Notes under the pieces: model-generated
The model's input: the letters and a program-made list of their open reading frames with translations, nothing else
What the model was told of the DNA's origin: nothing
The model's database searches: none
Source: Candidatus Poribacteria bacterium
GTDB taxonomy: Bacteria; Poribacteria; WGA-4E; WGA-3G
Length of the DNA: 64,000 bases
NCBI GenBank assembly: GCA_965197475.1
Contig: CBDANF010000003.1
Coordinates: 2,240,001 to 2,304,000 of the forward strand
Reading direction: 5' to 3'
Program-made: the position numbers and the translations under genes
Part shown: positions 1-10,063 of the stretch, piece by piece
Layout: every line of letters starts with the position of its first letter
Position numbering within the stretch: position 1 is the first letter of the stretch

Positions 1-1
1 T

Positions 2-244
2 GTCGCGCCTATTGTCAACGTTGCTGCGTATATTTGGGATGGGATATACCTCGGCGCGACCGCCTCAAAACCGTTGCGGAATTCTATGATTATCTCAATG
101 CTGCTCTTTTTGGGTGCTGTGTATCTGTTGATGCCTTTTGGGAATCATGGGCTTTGGGGTGCATTGACGCTGCTTTTGGTTGTGCGCGGTGTGGCGTTGA
201 CGGTGTTGGCACCGAAACATCTGTTTAGTGTGGCGAAAGATTGA
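2..244 (+). CDS. dinF: 3' end of a MATE-family efflux transporter (DinF-like), truncated by window start
   Basis: Manual translation from base 2 gives VAPIVNVAAYIWDGIYLGATASKPLRNSM...GNHGLWGAL...RGVAL...AKD* (TGA 242-244). This matches the DinF C-terminal DG-x-x-x-GAT...RNSM...GNHGLW...RG pattern. Not in the ORF track. Confidence 0.85.
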   Translation, partial: VAPIVNVAAYIWDGIYLGATASKPLRNSMIISMLLFLGAVYLLMPFGNHGLWGALTLLLVVRGVALTVLAPKHLFSVAKD

Positions 245-355
245 TAATTTCTACTTACCTCAATCCACAATTCATTATATTTTCTTGACAACTTTACTAT
301 TTTATGAAACAATCATAAGAAGACATATAGAACTTTTTGGAAAAGACGAGGCAGG

Positions 356-844
356 ATGAGTACAGCAACAGTTGCGATAATTGTTAGTGTAATATCAACA
401 GGTATAGCACTTTTCTCGCTCGGATGGAACATCTATCGTGATATTGTTTTAAAGCCAAGACTAAAAATTACGTTTGGAGTAAGAGAACTTGTAACACCAG
501 GTTCCAATGAAAAACCTGAGTTTGTTTATATTTCAGCAACGAACTTTGGTCCGGGTTCCACCACAGCTACGATGGTTCATACTCGAAAGACATCATTCTA
601 GAGACGACTTCTGAAAAAGACAAAAGAGGGTATAGTTATGCACTCTGGCGAACTTCCGAAGAAACTTGAGGTCGGAGAAGATGTTTACCTCCTTTTTCCA
701 TACGATAGAAACTGTTTGCTGAAAACAGAATGGAGTCATGTTGGAATCCATGACTGTTTTAGAAAAACACATTGGGCAAAGTCGCAGGATTTAAAGGATG
801 CCCGCAAAAGGTGGCTAAGCGATTTTGGACCCAAGACAACTTAA
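356..844 (+). pseudogene. Hypothetical N-terminally membrane-anchored protein interrupted by one in-frame TAG (599-601)
   Basis: ORFs 356-601 and 638-844 are in the same frame and read through as ...RKTSF*RRLLKKTKEGIVMHSGELPK; probable TGG>TAG change. GCAGG precedes the ATG. Confidence 0.6.
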
Positions 845-883
845 CTAAGAGATTTGTTACAAGCATAGAAAATAAAGGAATCT

Positions 884-2986
884 ATGACACAACCCGACAT
901 CATCCAAACCATCCTAAAAGATAGCAATTACCACCTTGACCTATTCAACGAATCCGAAATTCAGGATTTACGCCAAAATGTGGAAGGCAATGAAAATAAC
1001 CCGTTCGTTCACTGTGCTGTCCGAGGGAAAGCGGTTCAGCTAAAACCGGAGGAGGTTGTTCGTCAACTTTATGCCGAACGACTTCTGAAACAGTATCAAT
1101 ATCCGCGAGACCGTGTCAGGTTTGAACACCCCGTCAACTTCGGTAGAGAAAAGAAACGCTCCGACATCGTTATCCTTGACAAGGACAGAACAGATACTCC
1201 TTATATTATCGTTGAGGTAAAAAAACCGAAACTTCAAGATGGTAAGGATCAACTCCGATCCTACTGCAACGCCACGGGTGCGCCCATTGCTGTATGGACA
1301 AACGGACAGCAGATTTCACACTACCACCGAAAAGACCCGAATTACTTTGAAGAAATTACCGATATTCCCAACGCGGATCAAACCCTCGCCGATATCCTCA
1401 ACGAACGTTTTACACTCAAAGACCTCATACTCAAAGACAAACTCGCAGCGGAACGGAAATCCCTAAAGAATATCATTCTGGAATTAGAGGATGAGGTGCT
1501 TGCCAACGCAGGCGTAGATGTTTTTGAAGAGGTTTTCAAACTCATCTTTACCAAACTCTATGACGAATTTAAAAGTCAAAGCGACAAAGAATATATCAAC
1601 CGTATTCTAAGACAGCAAGCCAACACCGCTATTCAGGAATCAACTGGCTCATACACTGCCAACGGTTCAGACTATGAAACTCTCAAGAGAATAGTTCGGG
1701 GAATTCCAGATGAACATATAGAACGCCCTATGGAATTCAGAAACACGGGGCAAACCGATGCCGAACTGAAAACCAAAATTCAGCACCTTTTTGACGATGC
1801 CAAAAACCAGTGGAAAGGCGTTTTTCCTGAATACTCGGCTTTTGAACTTTCTGATAGCCATCTTGCAGTTTGTGTGTCCAGTTTGCAGGATATTAAGTTG
1901 TTCAACTCCAATCTTCAGGTTGTTGATGAAGCGTTTGAATATCTTGTGAGCAAATCCGCAAAAGGTGAGAAAGGACAATACTTCACACCGCGGCACGTGA
2001 TTGACATGTGCGTCAAAATGCTCAATCCCAAACGCGGTGAGTATATGATTGATACAGCTTCTGGCAGTTGCGGTTTTCCGGTGCATACCATTTTCAAAAT
2101 TACTGGCACCCTTTTCACGAATGCAGAAATCCCACCCAAAGACAAAGAACACGTCCTCAAAGTGTTTGGGATTGACTTTGACGAAAAGACCGTTCGGGTT
2201 GCACGAACCCTCAACCTCATCGCGGGAGATGGTGAGGCAAACGTCTTGCACCTCAACACACTTGACTATGAGCGGTGGAGCGACAGAACCGAAAAAGATC
2301 GCGTATGGATAATGACCTACGGCAGAGGATTTGACCGACTCAAAGCACTCAGAGCAGAACCAACGGAGAACAAACTTTTTAACTTTGATATTCTGATGGC
2401 AAATCCGCCTTTTGCTGGGGATATCAAGGAGAGCCGCATCATACACAAATACAACCTCTGTTTTAAGGGAAACAATAAGGCACAAACTAAGGTCGGGCGC
2501 GACATTCTGTTTATTGAGCGCAATTTAGACTTCCTCAAACCCGGCGGACGTATGGCGATTGTGCTGCCACAAGGCAGATTCAATAATACATCCGACAAAT
2601 ACGTCCGTGATTTTATCGCAGAACATGCCCGAATCTTGGCTGTAGTCGGACTGGATACCAACACCTTCAAACCGCATACTGGCACCAAAACAAGCGTGCT
2701 GTTTCTGCAGAAATGGAACGATGATCCAGACCAAGGACCGCTTTGTCCTAAAGTTGAAGACTACCCAACCTTTTTTGCTGTCTCCGAAAAAGGTGGTAAG
2801 GATAACTCTGGCGATTATGTGTATCTACAAAACGAAAATGGGCAGTCCAAATTAGACGATAACGGACACCTGATTGTAGAACACGACTTACACAATCACA
2901 ACGAAGAATTGTCCGATGGGATCGCTGAAACTTTTATTGCGTGGGCAAAAAGTGAAAAATTGCCGTTTTGGGAAGATGCCGAATGA
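884..2986 (+). CDS. Fused restriction endonuclease (HsdR_N-like PD-(D/E)XK) / N6-adenine methyltransferase; type IIB/IIG-like RM subunit
   Basis: N-terminal PEEVVRQ...SDIVI...IIVEVKK...QLRSY nuclease motifs; methyltransferase motifs GQYFTPR, DTASGSCGF and ANPPF. Confidence 0.9.
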   Translation: MTQPDIIQTILKDSNYHLDLFNESEIQDLRQNVEGNENNPFVHCAVRGKAVQLKPEEVVRQLYAERLLKQYQYPRDRVRFEHPVNFGREKKRSDIVILDKDRTDTPYIIVEVKKPKLQDGKDQLRSYCNATGAPIAVWTNGQQISHYHRKDPNYFEEITDIPNADQTLADILNERFTLKDLILKDKLAAERKSLKNIILELEDEVLANAGVDVFEEVFKLIFTKLYDEFKSQSDKEYINRILRQQANTAIQESTGSYTANGSDYETLKRIVRGIPDEHIERPMEFRNTGQTDAELKTKIQHLFDDAKNQWKGVFPEYSAFELSDSHLAVCVSSLQDIKLFNSNLQVVDEAFEYLVSKSAKGEKGQYFTPRHVIDMCVKMLNPKRGEYMIDTASGSCGFPVHTIFKITGTLFTNAEIPPKDKEHVLKVFGIDFDEKTVRVARTLNLIAGDGEANVLHLNTLDYERWSDRTEKDRVWIMTYGRGFDRLKALRAEPTENKLFNFDILMANPPFAGDIKESRIIHKYNLCFKGNNKAQTKVGRDILFIERNLDFLKPGGRMAIVLPQGRFNNTSDKYVRDFIAEHARILAVVGLDTNTFKPHTGTKTSVLFLQKWNDDPDQGPLCPKVEDYPTFFAVSEKGGKDNSGDYVYLQNENGQSKLDDNGHLIVEHDLHNHNEELSDGIAETFIAWAKSEKLPFWEDAE

Positions 2987-4429
2987 AAGGAGATAGATGC
3001 TGCCCAGGATGGACACGCCAACGTACAGTATTCAATCGTTAATTACCAATCCGTTACAGACAGTTCGCATTCTATAAGGCTTGATGCAGAGTTTTTCCAT
3101 CCCGACTACCTGAAGATCCAGCACCAACTTAAAGAAATCGGTTCACATAAACTAATTGATTTACAAGTCAAGATAAGGCATCCCAAAGAGATAAAGCGAA
3201 ATTATGTGGATGATGGCATTCTATTTTTAAGAGCACAAAACGTTCGTCCGCTGTCCATTGATCTGACATCAAATCCTGTCTATATTTCAGAAGAAGACGC
3301 AGAACGTTTACAAGAAAACACGATACATAACAAAGACATTTTGATAACAAGGACAGGAGCAAATGCAGGTCAGTGTGCTATTTATCTTGAAAATAGAGAT
3401 GCTATCTCATCATCTCACACGTTCATTGTCAAAAGTGGAAATCTAAACCCTTTTTTTCTCGCTATTTTTTTCAATACTACGTATGGCACAACATTAATAG
3501 AGAGAGGTAGATACGGTAGTACCCAGCCTGAAATTGCTCCACCTTTTTTATATCAAATTCCGATACCTGTTTGGGATGTCCTACTATCCGTAATCGAAAA
3601 AACCTATCTCCAATCTAAAGAACTAACAGAACTATCAAAAGCACGTTATACCGAAGCACAAGACCTCCTCCTCTCCGAGCTCGGTCTCGCCGACTGGCAA
3701 CCGAAGCAGCAGCTAACATTTGTCAAAAACTTTTCCGACACTGAGTCTGCTGGACGATTTGATGCGGACTATTTTCAACCGAAATATGATGATATTGTCA
3801 ACGCCATCAAAAGTTGTACAGGCGGTTGGGATACGTTGGAAAATCTGGTCACACTGAAAAAATGCGTTGAGGTTGGGAGCAAAGCGTATATTGAGGATGG
3901 AATCCCTTTTGTTCGGGTGAGTAATCTCAGTCCTTTTGAAATCACACAAGAGAAATATATTTCTGAAGAATTATACGCGGAGATTGCGGAACATCAACCG
4001 AAACGGAGAGAGATTTTACTCAGTAAGGATGCAACCCCAGGTATTGCGCATTATTTACGCGAAGCACCCGAAAAGATGATCCCTGCTGGAGGCATACTCC
4101 GCTTGAAAAACAAATCTGATAAAATCAATAATGAATACTTGACTCTGGTGCTTAATTCTATCCTGACACAGGAACAGGTTAATCGGGATGTGGGCGGTTC
4201 AGTAATTCTCCATTGGCGACCAGACCAAGTTGCGGGAACAGTCATTCCTATTCTACACCAAGACAAGCAAGCCGAAATTGAGCAGAAAGTAATTGAATCC
4301 TTCAACGGACGCAAACGTGCCAAAGACCTTTTAGAATCTGCCAAACGCGCAGTTGAAATTGCTATTGAGCAGGGTGAACAGGCTGCTATTGATTGGTTGG
4401 AGGCTGTTTCAGAAGTGGTTAATAATTAG
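2987..4429 (+). CDS. RM specificity (HsdS-like) subunit with two TRDs; true start uncertain
   Basis: Two repeats (RLDAEFFHPDY...DILITRTG and RFDADYFQPKY...EILLSKDA). The frame is open from 2987, well upstream of the ORF-track GTG at 3206. Confidence 0.8.
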   Translation, partial: KEIDAAQDGHANVQYSIVNYQSVTDSSHSIRLDAEFFHPDYLKIQHQLKEIGSHKLIDLQVKIRHPKEIKRNYVDDGILFLRAQNVRPLSIDLTSNPVYISEEDAERLQENTIHNKDILITRTGANAGQCAIYLENRDAISSSHTFIVKSGNLNPFFLAIFFNTTYGTTLIERGRYGSTQPEIAPPFLYQIPIPVWDVLLSVIEKTYLQSKELTELSKARYTEAQDLLLSELGLADWQPKQQLTFVKNFSDTESAGRFDADYFQPKYDDIVNAIKSCTGGWDTLENLVTLKKCVEVGSKAYIEDGIPFVRVSNLSPFEITQEKYISEELYAEIAEHQPKRREILLSKDATPGIAHYLREAPEKMIPAGGILRLKNKSDKINNEYLTLVLNSILTQEQVNRDVGGSVILHWRPDQVAGTVIPILHQDKQAEIEQKVIESFNGRKRAKDLLESAKRAVEIAIEQGEQAAIDWLEAVSEVVNN

Positions 4430-4520
4430 AGTTATGAGTTATGATAGACTTGTAATTTTTGCCTCGTTATGATAGACTTTGTTTAATACTTGTGGCAACG
4501 CCAATACTTAGGAGCATGTC

Positions 4521-4847
4521 ATGACAGACATTGAAAGTAGCATACTTAAAAATTTAGAGGATCATCGGATTCAAAAAGAAGAGACTCAAAGAGAATTAAA
4601 TAGGGTTGAGTCTCGTTTTGATAATCGGATTAGTGAGGTTAAAATGGATTTTGGGAAAGACATAACACACGTCAGAGGCGAGGTTGCACAAGTCAAAGCG
4701 GACCTTGAGAAAGATATCAGAGAAGTCCAAATAGATCTTAGAGATGACATCAAAGGCATAAGATCACATATCACAGCATTAACGGTTCTCGGTGTTACAA
4801 GTCTTCTTACACTGATAGGTCTTTTTATTACCGTATTTCTAAAATAA
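4521..4847 (+). CDS. Coiled-coil protein with C-terminal TM helix (DUF1640/CCDC90-like architecture)
   Basis: Repetitive helical coiled-coil followed by ITALTVLGVTSLLTLIGLFITVF; AGGAG RBS. Confidence 0.6.
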   Translation: MTDIESSILKNLEDHRIQKEETQRELNRVESRFDNRISEVKMDFGKDITHVRGEVAQVKADLEKDIREVQIDLRDDIKGIRSHITALTVLGVTSLLTLIGLFITVFLK

Positions 4848-4866
4848 TACTCAACAGAGGAGATGA

Positions 4867-5169
4867 ATGATGTCAGAAAGAGCACCTGGTTTTGAAGAAT
4901 ACACGCCATCTCGGTTAGAATGGTTAGCAACGATGTTAAATTCATTTTTACCATATACGAACGTGCCACTCACCAGAACACTTAATATGGTATTTGTTCC
5001 AGGGGGCGATGGGAAAACGCTTATATTAAGGGTTCGTTATTCTAAAGAAACAGATTCAAAAACAGTGCAACAATACATAGAGAACGGGAAGTTAAGCGTT
5101 AAAGAATTTGCCGCAATATACAAATGGGATTCTTGGATTCAGATTGAAGTGCAACATGATGCAGAGTAA
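4867..5169 (+). CDS. Hypothetical protein
   Basis: 100 aa ORF with GAGGAG RBS, co-oriented with neighbours. Confidence 0.6.
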   Translation: MMSERAPGFEEYTPSRLEWLATMLNSFLPYTNVPLTRTLNMVFVPGGDGKTLILRVRYSKETDSKTVQQYIENGKLSVKEFAAIYKWDSWIQIEVQHDAE

Positions 5170-5213
5170 ATGGTTACCTATGTGGCAGAGGGAAAAAGAT
5201 CAGGAGAAGCCCA

Positions 5214-5432
5214 ATGAGTTTAGAGATGTACTATTTTGACAAGAATCGAGAATTTGTCACGCAAACAGCATCCAGCATGGAAGAGGCAATCAAAGAAGCA
5301 GGCTTCGATTTTGTTAATTGCACAGATGAGTTTTTAAAGGAAATAACAGAGGGGGCGGGAAACTCGTATGCCAGAGTCCTTTTTGAGTATTTGAAAATTA
5401 GGAGAGACATCCAACAAAAAAATAAGCCCTGA
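5214..5432 (+). CDS. Hypothetical protein
   Basis: 72 aa ORF with AGGAG RBS. Confidence 0.55.
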   Translation: MSLEMYYFDKNREFVTQTASSMEEAIKEAGFDFVNCTDEFLKEITEGAGNSYARVLFEYLKIRRDIQQKNKP

Positions 5433-5494
5433 GACCTATTTCCTAAACCGTTAAAAATTTCGCTTTAAAAATAACACGACAGTGAGGTAGTACC

Positions 5495-7135
5495 ATGCAT
5501 AACAAACCCCCAACTATTGGCGAATACCTACTCAAAAAACTCGAAAACTACGACATTGAACACATCTTCGGCATCCCAGGCGATTATGTGTTGCGATTCT
5601 ACAATCTGATTGAAAAGAGTCCCATTCAACACATCGGCATGACACGCGAAGATGCAGCTGGTTATGCAGCAGATGCCTATGCACGTACGAAAGGTATGGG
5701 TGCCGCCTGTATCACATACTGCGTTGGCGGGTTATCAATGGTGAACGCTATCGCCGGTGCTTATGCCGAAAAATCACCTGTTGTTGTGATTAGCGGGGCA
5801 CCGGGTATCAAAGAACGTGGAAAAGATGCCCTCCTCCACCATAAAGTCAGGGATTTCCATACGCAGCAACGCATCTATGACGAAATCACCGTAGCAACTA
5901 CCCTACTTGAAGAACCTTTTACCGCTTTCAACGAGATTGATCGAGTACTTGATGCTGTATATCACTACAAACGTCCGGGGTACATAGAACTTCCGCGTGA
6001 TATGGTAGATGTGCGCGGCACCCTCTATCGTCGTCCTTCAACTGATGGACACCTTAGCGATCCCGAAACGTTGAATGCTGCTGTTGAAGACGCGCTTAAC
6101 TTTATTAATCAAAGTAAAAACCCAGTAATCCTCGCGGGTGTAGAACTTCACAGATTCGGCTATCAAGACAAATTACTCAAACTCGTTGAAGATAAACGTA
6201 TCCCTGTTGTTGCTACGCTTCTCGGCAAATCCGTGATACCGGAATCACATCCGTTATATTTAGGAATTTATGAAGGTGCGATGGGGAGAAAGGAAATTAG
6301 TGAGTTCGTTGAAGATTCCGATTGTGTTATTATTCTCGGTGCGTTTATGACCGATGTGAACCTTGGGATTTACACCGCAAACCTTGACCGTGCGCGCTCA
6401 ATCTACGCTACATCGGAAAAAATAATGGTTCGCTACCATACCTACGAAACAGTAATGTTTGACGATTTTATTGATGGGATCAATTCACCACAACTCCGAA
6501 GACGAAAAAAACCTAATTTAGGATGGGCTTCACCAGATGCAGCACCGTTTGAAGTCAAACCTAATGCCCCTTTAACAGTTGAACGTCTGTTCCAACACCT
6601 CAACGAATTCATTAGTGCGGAACTCACGGTGATCGCTGATGTCGGAGATAGTCTCTTCGGTGCAGCTGAATTGCGGATACATCAACACACAAATTTTATC
6701 AGTCCCGCCTACTATACCTCAATGGGTTTTGCGGTGCCAGCATCTGTTGGTGCGCAACTTGGCACACCGAACACCCGTCCCCTCGTAATCGTGGGGGACG
6801 GTGCCTTCCAAATGACAGGCACAGAACTGTCAACCACCGTTCGTTATGGACTCAACCCGATTGTTCTTCTCTTAAACAACCACGGATATGGAACGGAGCG
6901 GCATCTGCTTGAAGGAAAATTTAACGATATCGGATGTTGGAACTATAGCTGCCTGCCTTCACTCTTTGGGGCTGGACGTGGGTTCCATGTCCGAACCGAA
7001 GCCGAATTTGAGGAGGCGATGAAAACCGCTTTAGCTGAGACGCAACACTTTACGCTTATTGAGGCAGAACTGGAAAAATTAGACAGGTCCCCAGCACTTG
7101 CTCGGTTAGCAGAACGGATGTCTGAAACGGTCTGA
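5495..7135 (+). CDS. ThDP-dependent alpha-keto acid decarboxylase (indolepyruvate/pyruvate decarboxylase family)
   Basis: FGIPGDY, AGYAADAYAR, LLHH and the ThDP-binding GDGAFQMTG...LNNHGYG motifs. Confidence 0.9.
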   Translation: MHNKPPTIGEYLLKKLENYDIEHIFGIPGDYVLRFYNLIEKSPIQHIGMTREDAAGYAADAYARTKGMGAACITYCVGGLSMVNAIAGAYAEKSPVVVISGAPGIKERGKDALLHHKVRDFHTQQRIYDEITVATTLLEEPFTAFNEIDRVLDAVYHYKRPGYIELPRDMVDVRGTLYRRPSTDGHLSDPETLNAAVEDALNFINQSKNPVILAGVELHRFGYQDKLLKLVEDKRIPVVATLLGKSVIPESHPLYLGIYEGAMGRKEISEFVEDSDCVIILGAFMTDVNLGIYTANLDRARSIYATSEKIMVRYHTYETVMFDDFIDGINSPQLRRRKKPNLGWASPDAAPFEVKPNAPLTVERLFQHLNEFISAELTVIADVGDSLFGAAELRIHQHTNFISPAYYTSMGFAVPASVGAQLGTPNTRPLVIVGDGAFQMTGTELSTTVRYGLNPIVLLLNNHGYGTERHLLEGKFNDIGCWNYSCLPSLFGAGRGFHVRTEAEFEEAMKTALAETQHFTLIEAELEKLDRSPALARLAERMSETV

Positions 7136-7240
7136 ATTCTCTCTAAGACAGTATTCTAATCAGAACTACGCAAATATGTGTAAGCGCGCTGTTAGTAGTG
7201 TTAAAGAATTTGAGGTTTGACTATAAACCCAATTCCCCTT

Positions 7241-8056
7241 CTATAAGGCAGCTATTTTCTCGCTCAAAAATTTTACACAGAAAGGCACTTGTTCTTCAGA
7301 AAGTCCGTGCAGTACTACCGCACCATTATAGCCACTATCCTTTAGCAAACCGAGATATTGATCGTAATCCAGTAACCCTGTACCAGCAGCGAGGTGTCCT
7401 GCTTGACCATCACGATCCAGATCTTTCGCGTGTGCAAGGGCGATATCAGCACCAAGAAGTGTGAACGCTTCTTCAAGAATTTCACCCATCTTCGGCAATT
7501 CCCCCTTATGAAAGATGTTCGCTCCGTCCATGACTACCTTAAGATACGGTGATTGCATCTGATCAAGCAGACGACGCGCTTTTTGCGCCGAGTCAATCAC
7601 GTTTGACACTTCGGGTTCTAACGCCAATGTCACCTTGTATTCCTCAGCGATCTCCAACGCCTTTTCCATAGATTCCACGAGGTCTCTCCATGCAGATGTT
7701 GAGTTATTATCAGGGTGAGCGCGCCACATGCTATTCGGATCACGAGAACCTGTGCAGAGCGTGATTACAGATGTACCAAGAGTCTCACACTGTTTCGCAA
7801 CGAAGCGTAACATACATAAACCTGCTTGACGTTTCTGAACATCAGGGTCAATCATGTTGTAGGTGCCCGAAAGTGCTGATATTTTTATCTGTCTGGCATC
7901 CATTTCATTGCGAACTTCCGCAAGGGATGAGGCATCTGCGGGAACATGGTATTGTAAGTTGTAGATACCGTGTTCTGCCACAACATCAAGGGTTTCTCCC
8001 AAAGTTTCCCGCCGAATTGTGCCCTCCATTAGACCAATATGCATTAGCCGCTCCAA
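7241..8056 (-). CDS. Sugar phosphate isomerase/epimerase (xylose-isomerase-like TIM barrel)
   Basis: LALEPE, VVMDGAN, AHAKD and G-x-G-x-LDY motifs. Confidence 0.85.
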   Translation of the reverse strand: MERLMHIGLMEGTIRRETLGETLDVVAEHGIYNLQYHVPADASSLAEVRNEMDARQIKISALSGTYNMIDPDVQKRQAGLCMLRFVAKQCETLGTSVITLCTGSRDPNSMWRAHPDNNSTSAWRDLVESMEKALEIAEEYKVTLALEPEVSNVIDSAQKARRLLDQMQSPYLKVVMDGANIFHKGELPKMGEILEEAFTLLGADIALAHAKDLDRDGQAGHLAAGTGLLDYDQYLGLLKDSGYNGAVVLHGLSEEQVPFCVKFLSEKIAAL

Positions 8057-8170
8057 TTTATGAAGAATAATACAAAAATCATAAGGGAAAATATCGTATA
8101 TTATGAAAATATGTAGACATTTTAGTGAACGACAGGTACAAACTCCCTGCCCCCTGGTAGACGAGGTTTC

Positions 8171-10024
8171 CTAACCTCTAATCCCCATGACTTCAAGTTG
8201 GGCAATCTGCTCCAACCATGATTCTCGGATTTCAGAGGAGTAGTCCCCAGGAAGTAGAGATTTACGGGTGCAATTCAGAAACGCTTGCAAGGTTTGATAC
8301 TTCCGTATTGGACCAATATTGGGTAGAATTCTATCGGATATAACGTCAATGATCTCATCTACAGACAAGGCACCTTTACGGTTCTTTGCAGCTTCAAGGT
8401 CGGCGCGGAGAGACGCAAAACTCGCAGCAGAATACCCTTCAGTTTGCGCAAGAAGGAGCTCAAACACTTCATCCGAAATCTCGCCTTTGAAAACGTTGCT
8501 GAGCGTCCAACGGAGAAATGTTTTGCGGTCCTCGCCAGTGGGATCAAGAACAGGAATTACGATGTCACCAACCCTGCCTTCTCTTCGAAGGTCCGGCGAC
8601 AGATTATAGATACGCGCGGTCATCAGCAGCCATGTGATATTACCGCGTAATTGTGGGTCAGACATCATCGCTTGTATCTTTCCAGTGAGTCTACGTTCAG
8701 TGGCGTGTGCATCCCTACCGACATCGCCGAATTGAGTATCTGCTTCATCGACAAAAATTAGCACATTCACGAGTGCCATCAGCAATCGTCTAAGACGTTC
8801 AAAGACGACATCCGTTTGTCCGAACCACATGCTGCGAATATTCTTGAGTACTAACACGGGGATATCAAGTTCACCTGCAAGCCCTTCAAAAATAAAAGTT
8901 TTTCCGCTTCCTATCGGTCCGCAGACGCTCAGTCCAGAGATAGAATCTTTCCCTGTAGATGTGATGCGGGGAATTATCTGCGTTCTTAAAAACTCAATCA
9001 GTTTCTGATTGCCGACAATATCTTTCAGGGTGTGTGCAGGCTTTTTAAATTCGACAACATCCTCACCTAATTGTGCTTGGATAAACTCAGAAACTTTTTC
9101 TATTACAATGTCTGGGCGCAGTTTTTCACCAGAATAACAGACTGAAATAAGCAGTTGGCGTAAAGCCTGGACAGATAATCCTGCTGTTAATATAGCGAGT
9201 TGCGATTGGCTTCCCCAGAGATTGAGTTCTTTACCTGCTGGTTTTTGGGTTCTGTTGAACCATGAAATAAAATGTCTTCGTGCTTCCACCTGCGGAGATT
9301 GGATTTCTACGTCAACAACTTGCGGCAAACGCATGATACGGGAGTTGACTAAACTCTTAGATTCAGCAATAAAGACAACAGTATCTGTGCCCTTCATGAA
9401 ATCAGAGTCAGAAATCCAATCTTGAACGATGCTGATCCTATGCCTATCAGCTAAACTTAAACTTCGGATTTCCCCTTCAGGGAGCAACATATCTGTTGCT
9501 TCTATAAAAATAAGCAGCTTATCTTTTAAAAACTGTTCTCCGCGTACATTGGCAGATCGCGAAATCAAACAGAATTGTCGTAGCAGTTCAAGTGCTAAGG
9601 TTGGGCTTCCGATAGCATCGTTGAGATATTGGTCAAACAAGCCATCAGAGGTATCAGCGGATTTATCTGCTTTAGGATTCGGGTTTTCCACCCTATTTGG
9701 GAGCGCGAAGAGGTTTGTAGCTTTTTTCTGTAAAGATTCAGTAGCCCCTCGCCATGAGTTAAAAGCTTCTTTTACCTTATCTCGGTCGCGTGTGTATAGA
9801 AATCGGAGTGGTCCGTTGAGCTCATACACTATCAGGATAAAACCTGGAATATCCCAACCCTGTGTAAGGAAGGGAACCAACGGAATATAATCTTCCTCTT
9901 TTGATTCTTCAATAAAAAAGAGGTCATGGATATTTCCGTGAAGGGTAATGCTTCGCGATGTGCCAGAATTAATAAGCATGCCAGCTTCTGTACGGAATTT
10001 GTAAGTAGGGTCTTTAATAGCTAT
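8171..10024 (-). CDS. Classical AAA+ ATPase with a large N-terminal region and one intact C-terminal AAA module
   Basis: Walker A GPIGSGKT, pore loop SMWFGQT, Walker B LIFVDEAD, SRH SPDLRREGR. First ATG is 9979; an in-frame ATA at 10024 follows a GGAGG RBS. Confidence 0.85.
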   Translation of the reverse strand: MAIKDPTYKFRTEAGMLINSGTSRSITLHGNIHDLFFIEESKEEDYIPLVPFLTQGWDIPGFILIVYELNGPLRFLYTRDRDKVKEAFNSWRGATESLQKKATNLFALPNRVENPNPKADKSADTSDGLFDQYLNDAIGSPTLALELLRQFCLISRSANVRGEQFLKDKLLIFIEATDMLLPEGEIRSLSLADRHRISIVQDWISDSDFMKGTDTVVFIAESKSLVNSRIMRLPQVVDVEIQSPQVEARRHFISWFNRTQKPAGKELNLWGSQSQLAILTAGLSVQALRQLLISVCYSGEKLRPDIVIEKVSEFIQAQLGEDVVEFKKPAHTLKDIVGNQKLIEFLRTQIIPRITSTGKDSISGLSVCGPIGSGKTFIFEGLAGELDIPVLVLKNIRSMWFGQTDVVFERLRRLLMALVNVLIFVDEADTQFGDVGRDAHATERRLTGKIQAMMSDPQLRGNITWLLMTARIYNLSPDLRREGRVGDIVIPVLDPTGEDRKTFLRWTLSNVFKGEISDEVFELLLAQTEGYSAASFASLRADLEAAKNRKGALSVDEIIDVISDRILPNIGPIRKYQTLQAFLNCTRKSLLPGDYSSEIRESWLEQIAQLEVMGIRG

Positions 10025-10063
10025 CGTTTTTCCCTCCGTCTTGGGTAGTTGCAGGCTTACTTA

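Noticed and set aside
34-228. 64 aa ORF from the track
   Set aside because: Wrong frame; the region encodes the DinF C-terminus.
599-601. In-frame TAG as recoding (pyrrolysine or alternative code)
   Set aside because: TAG ends normal genes here (e.g. dnaK) and no pyl genes are seen; a nonsense mutation is simpler.
1040-2734. Long antisense ORFs over the RM gene (and similar ones over dnaK, obgE, hsdR)
   Set aside because: Shadow ORFs of well-supported genes, with no motifs of their own.
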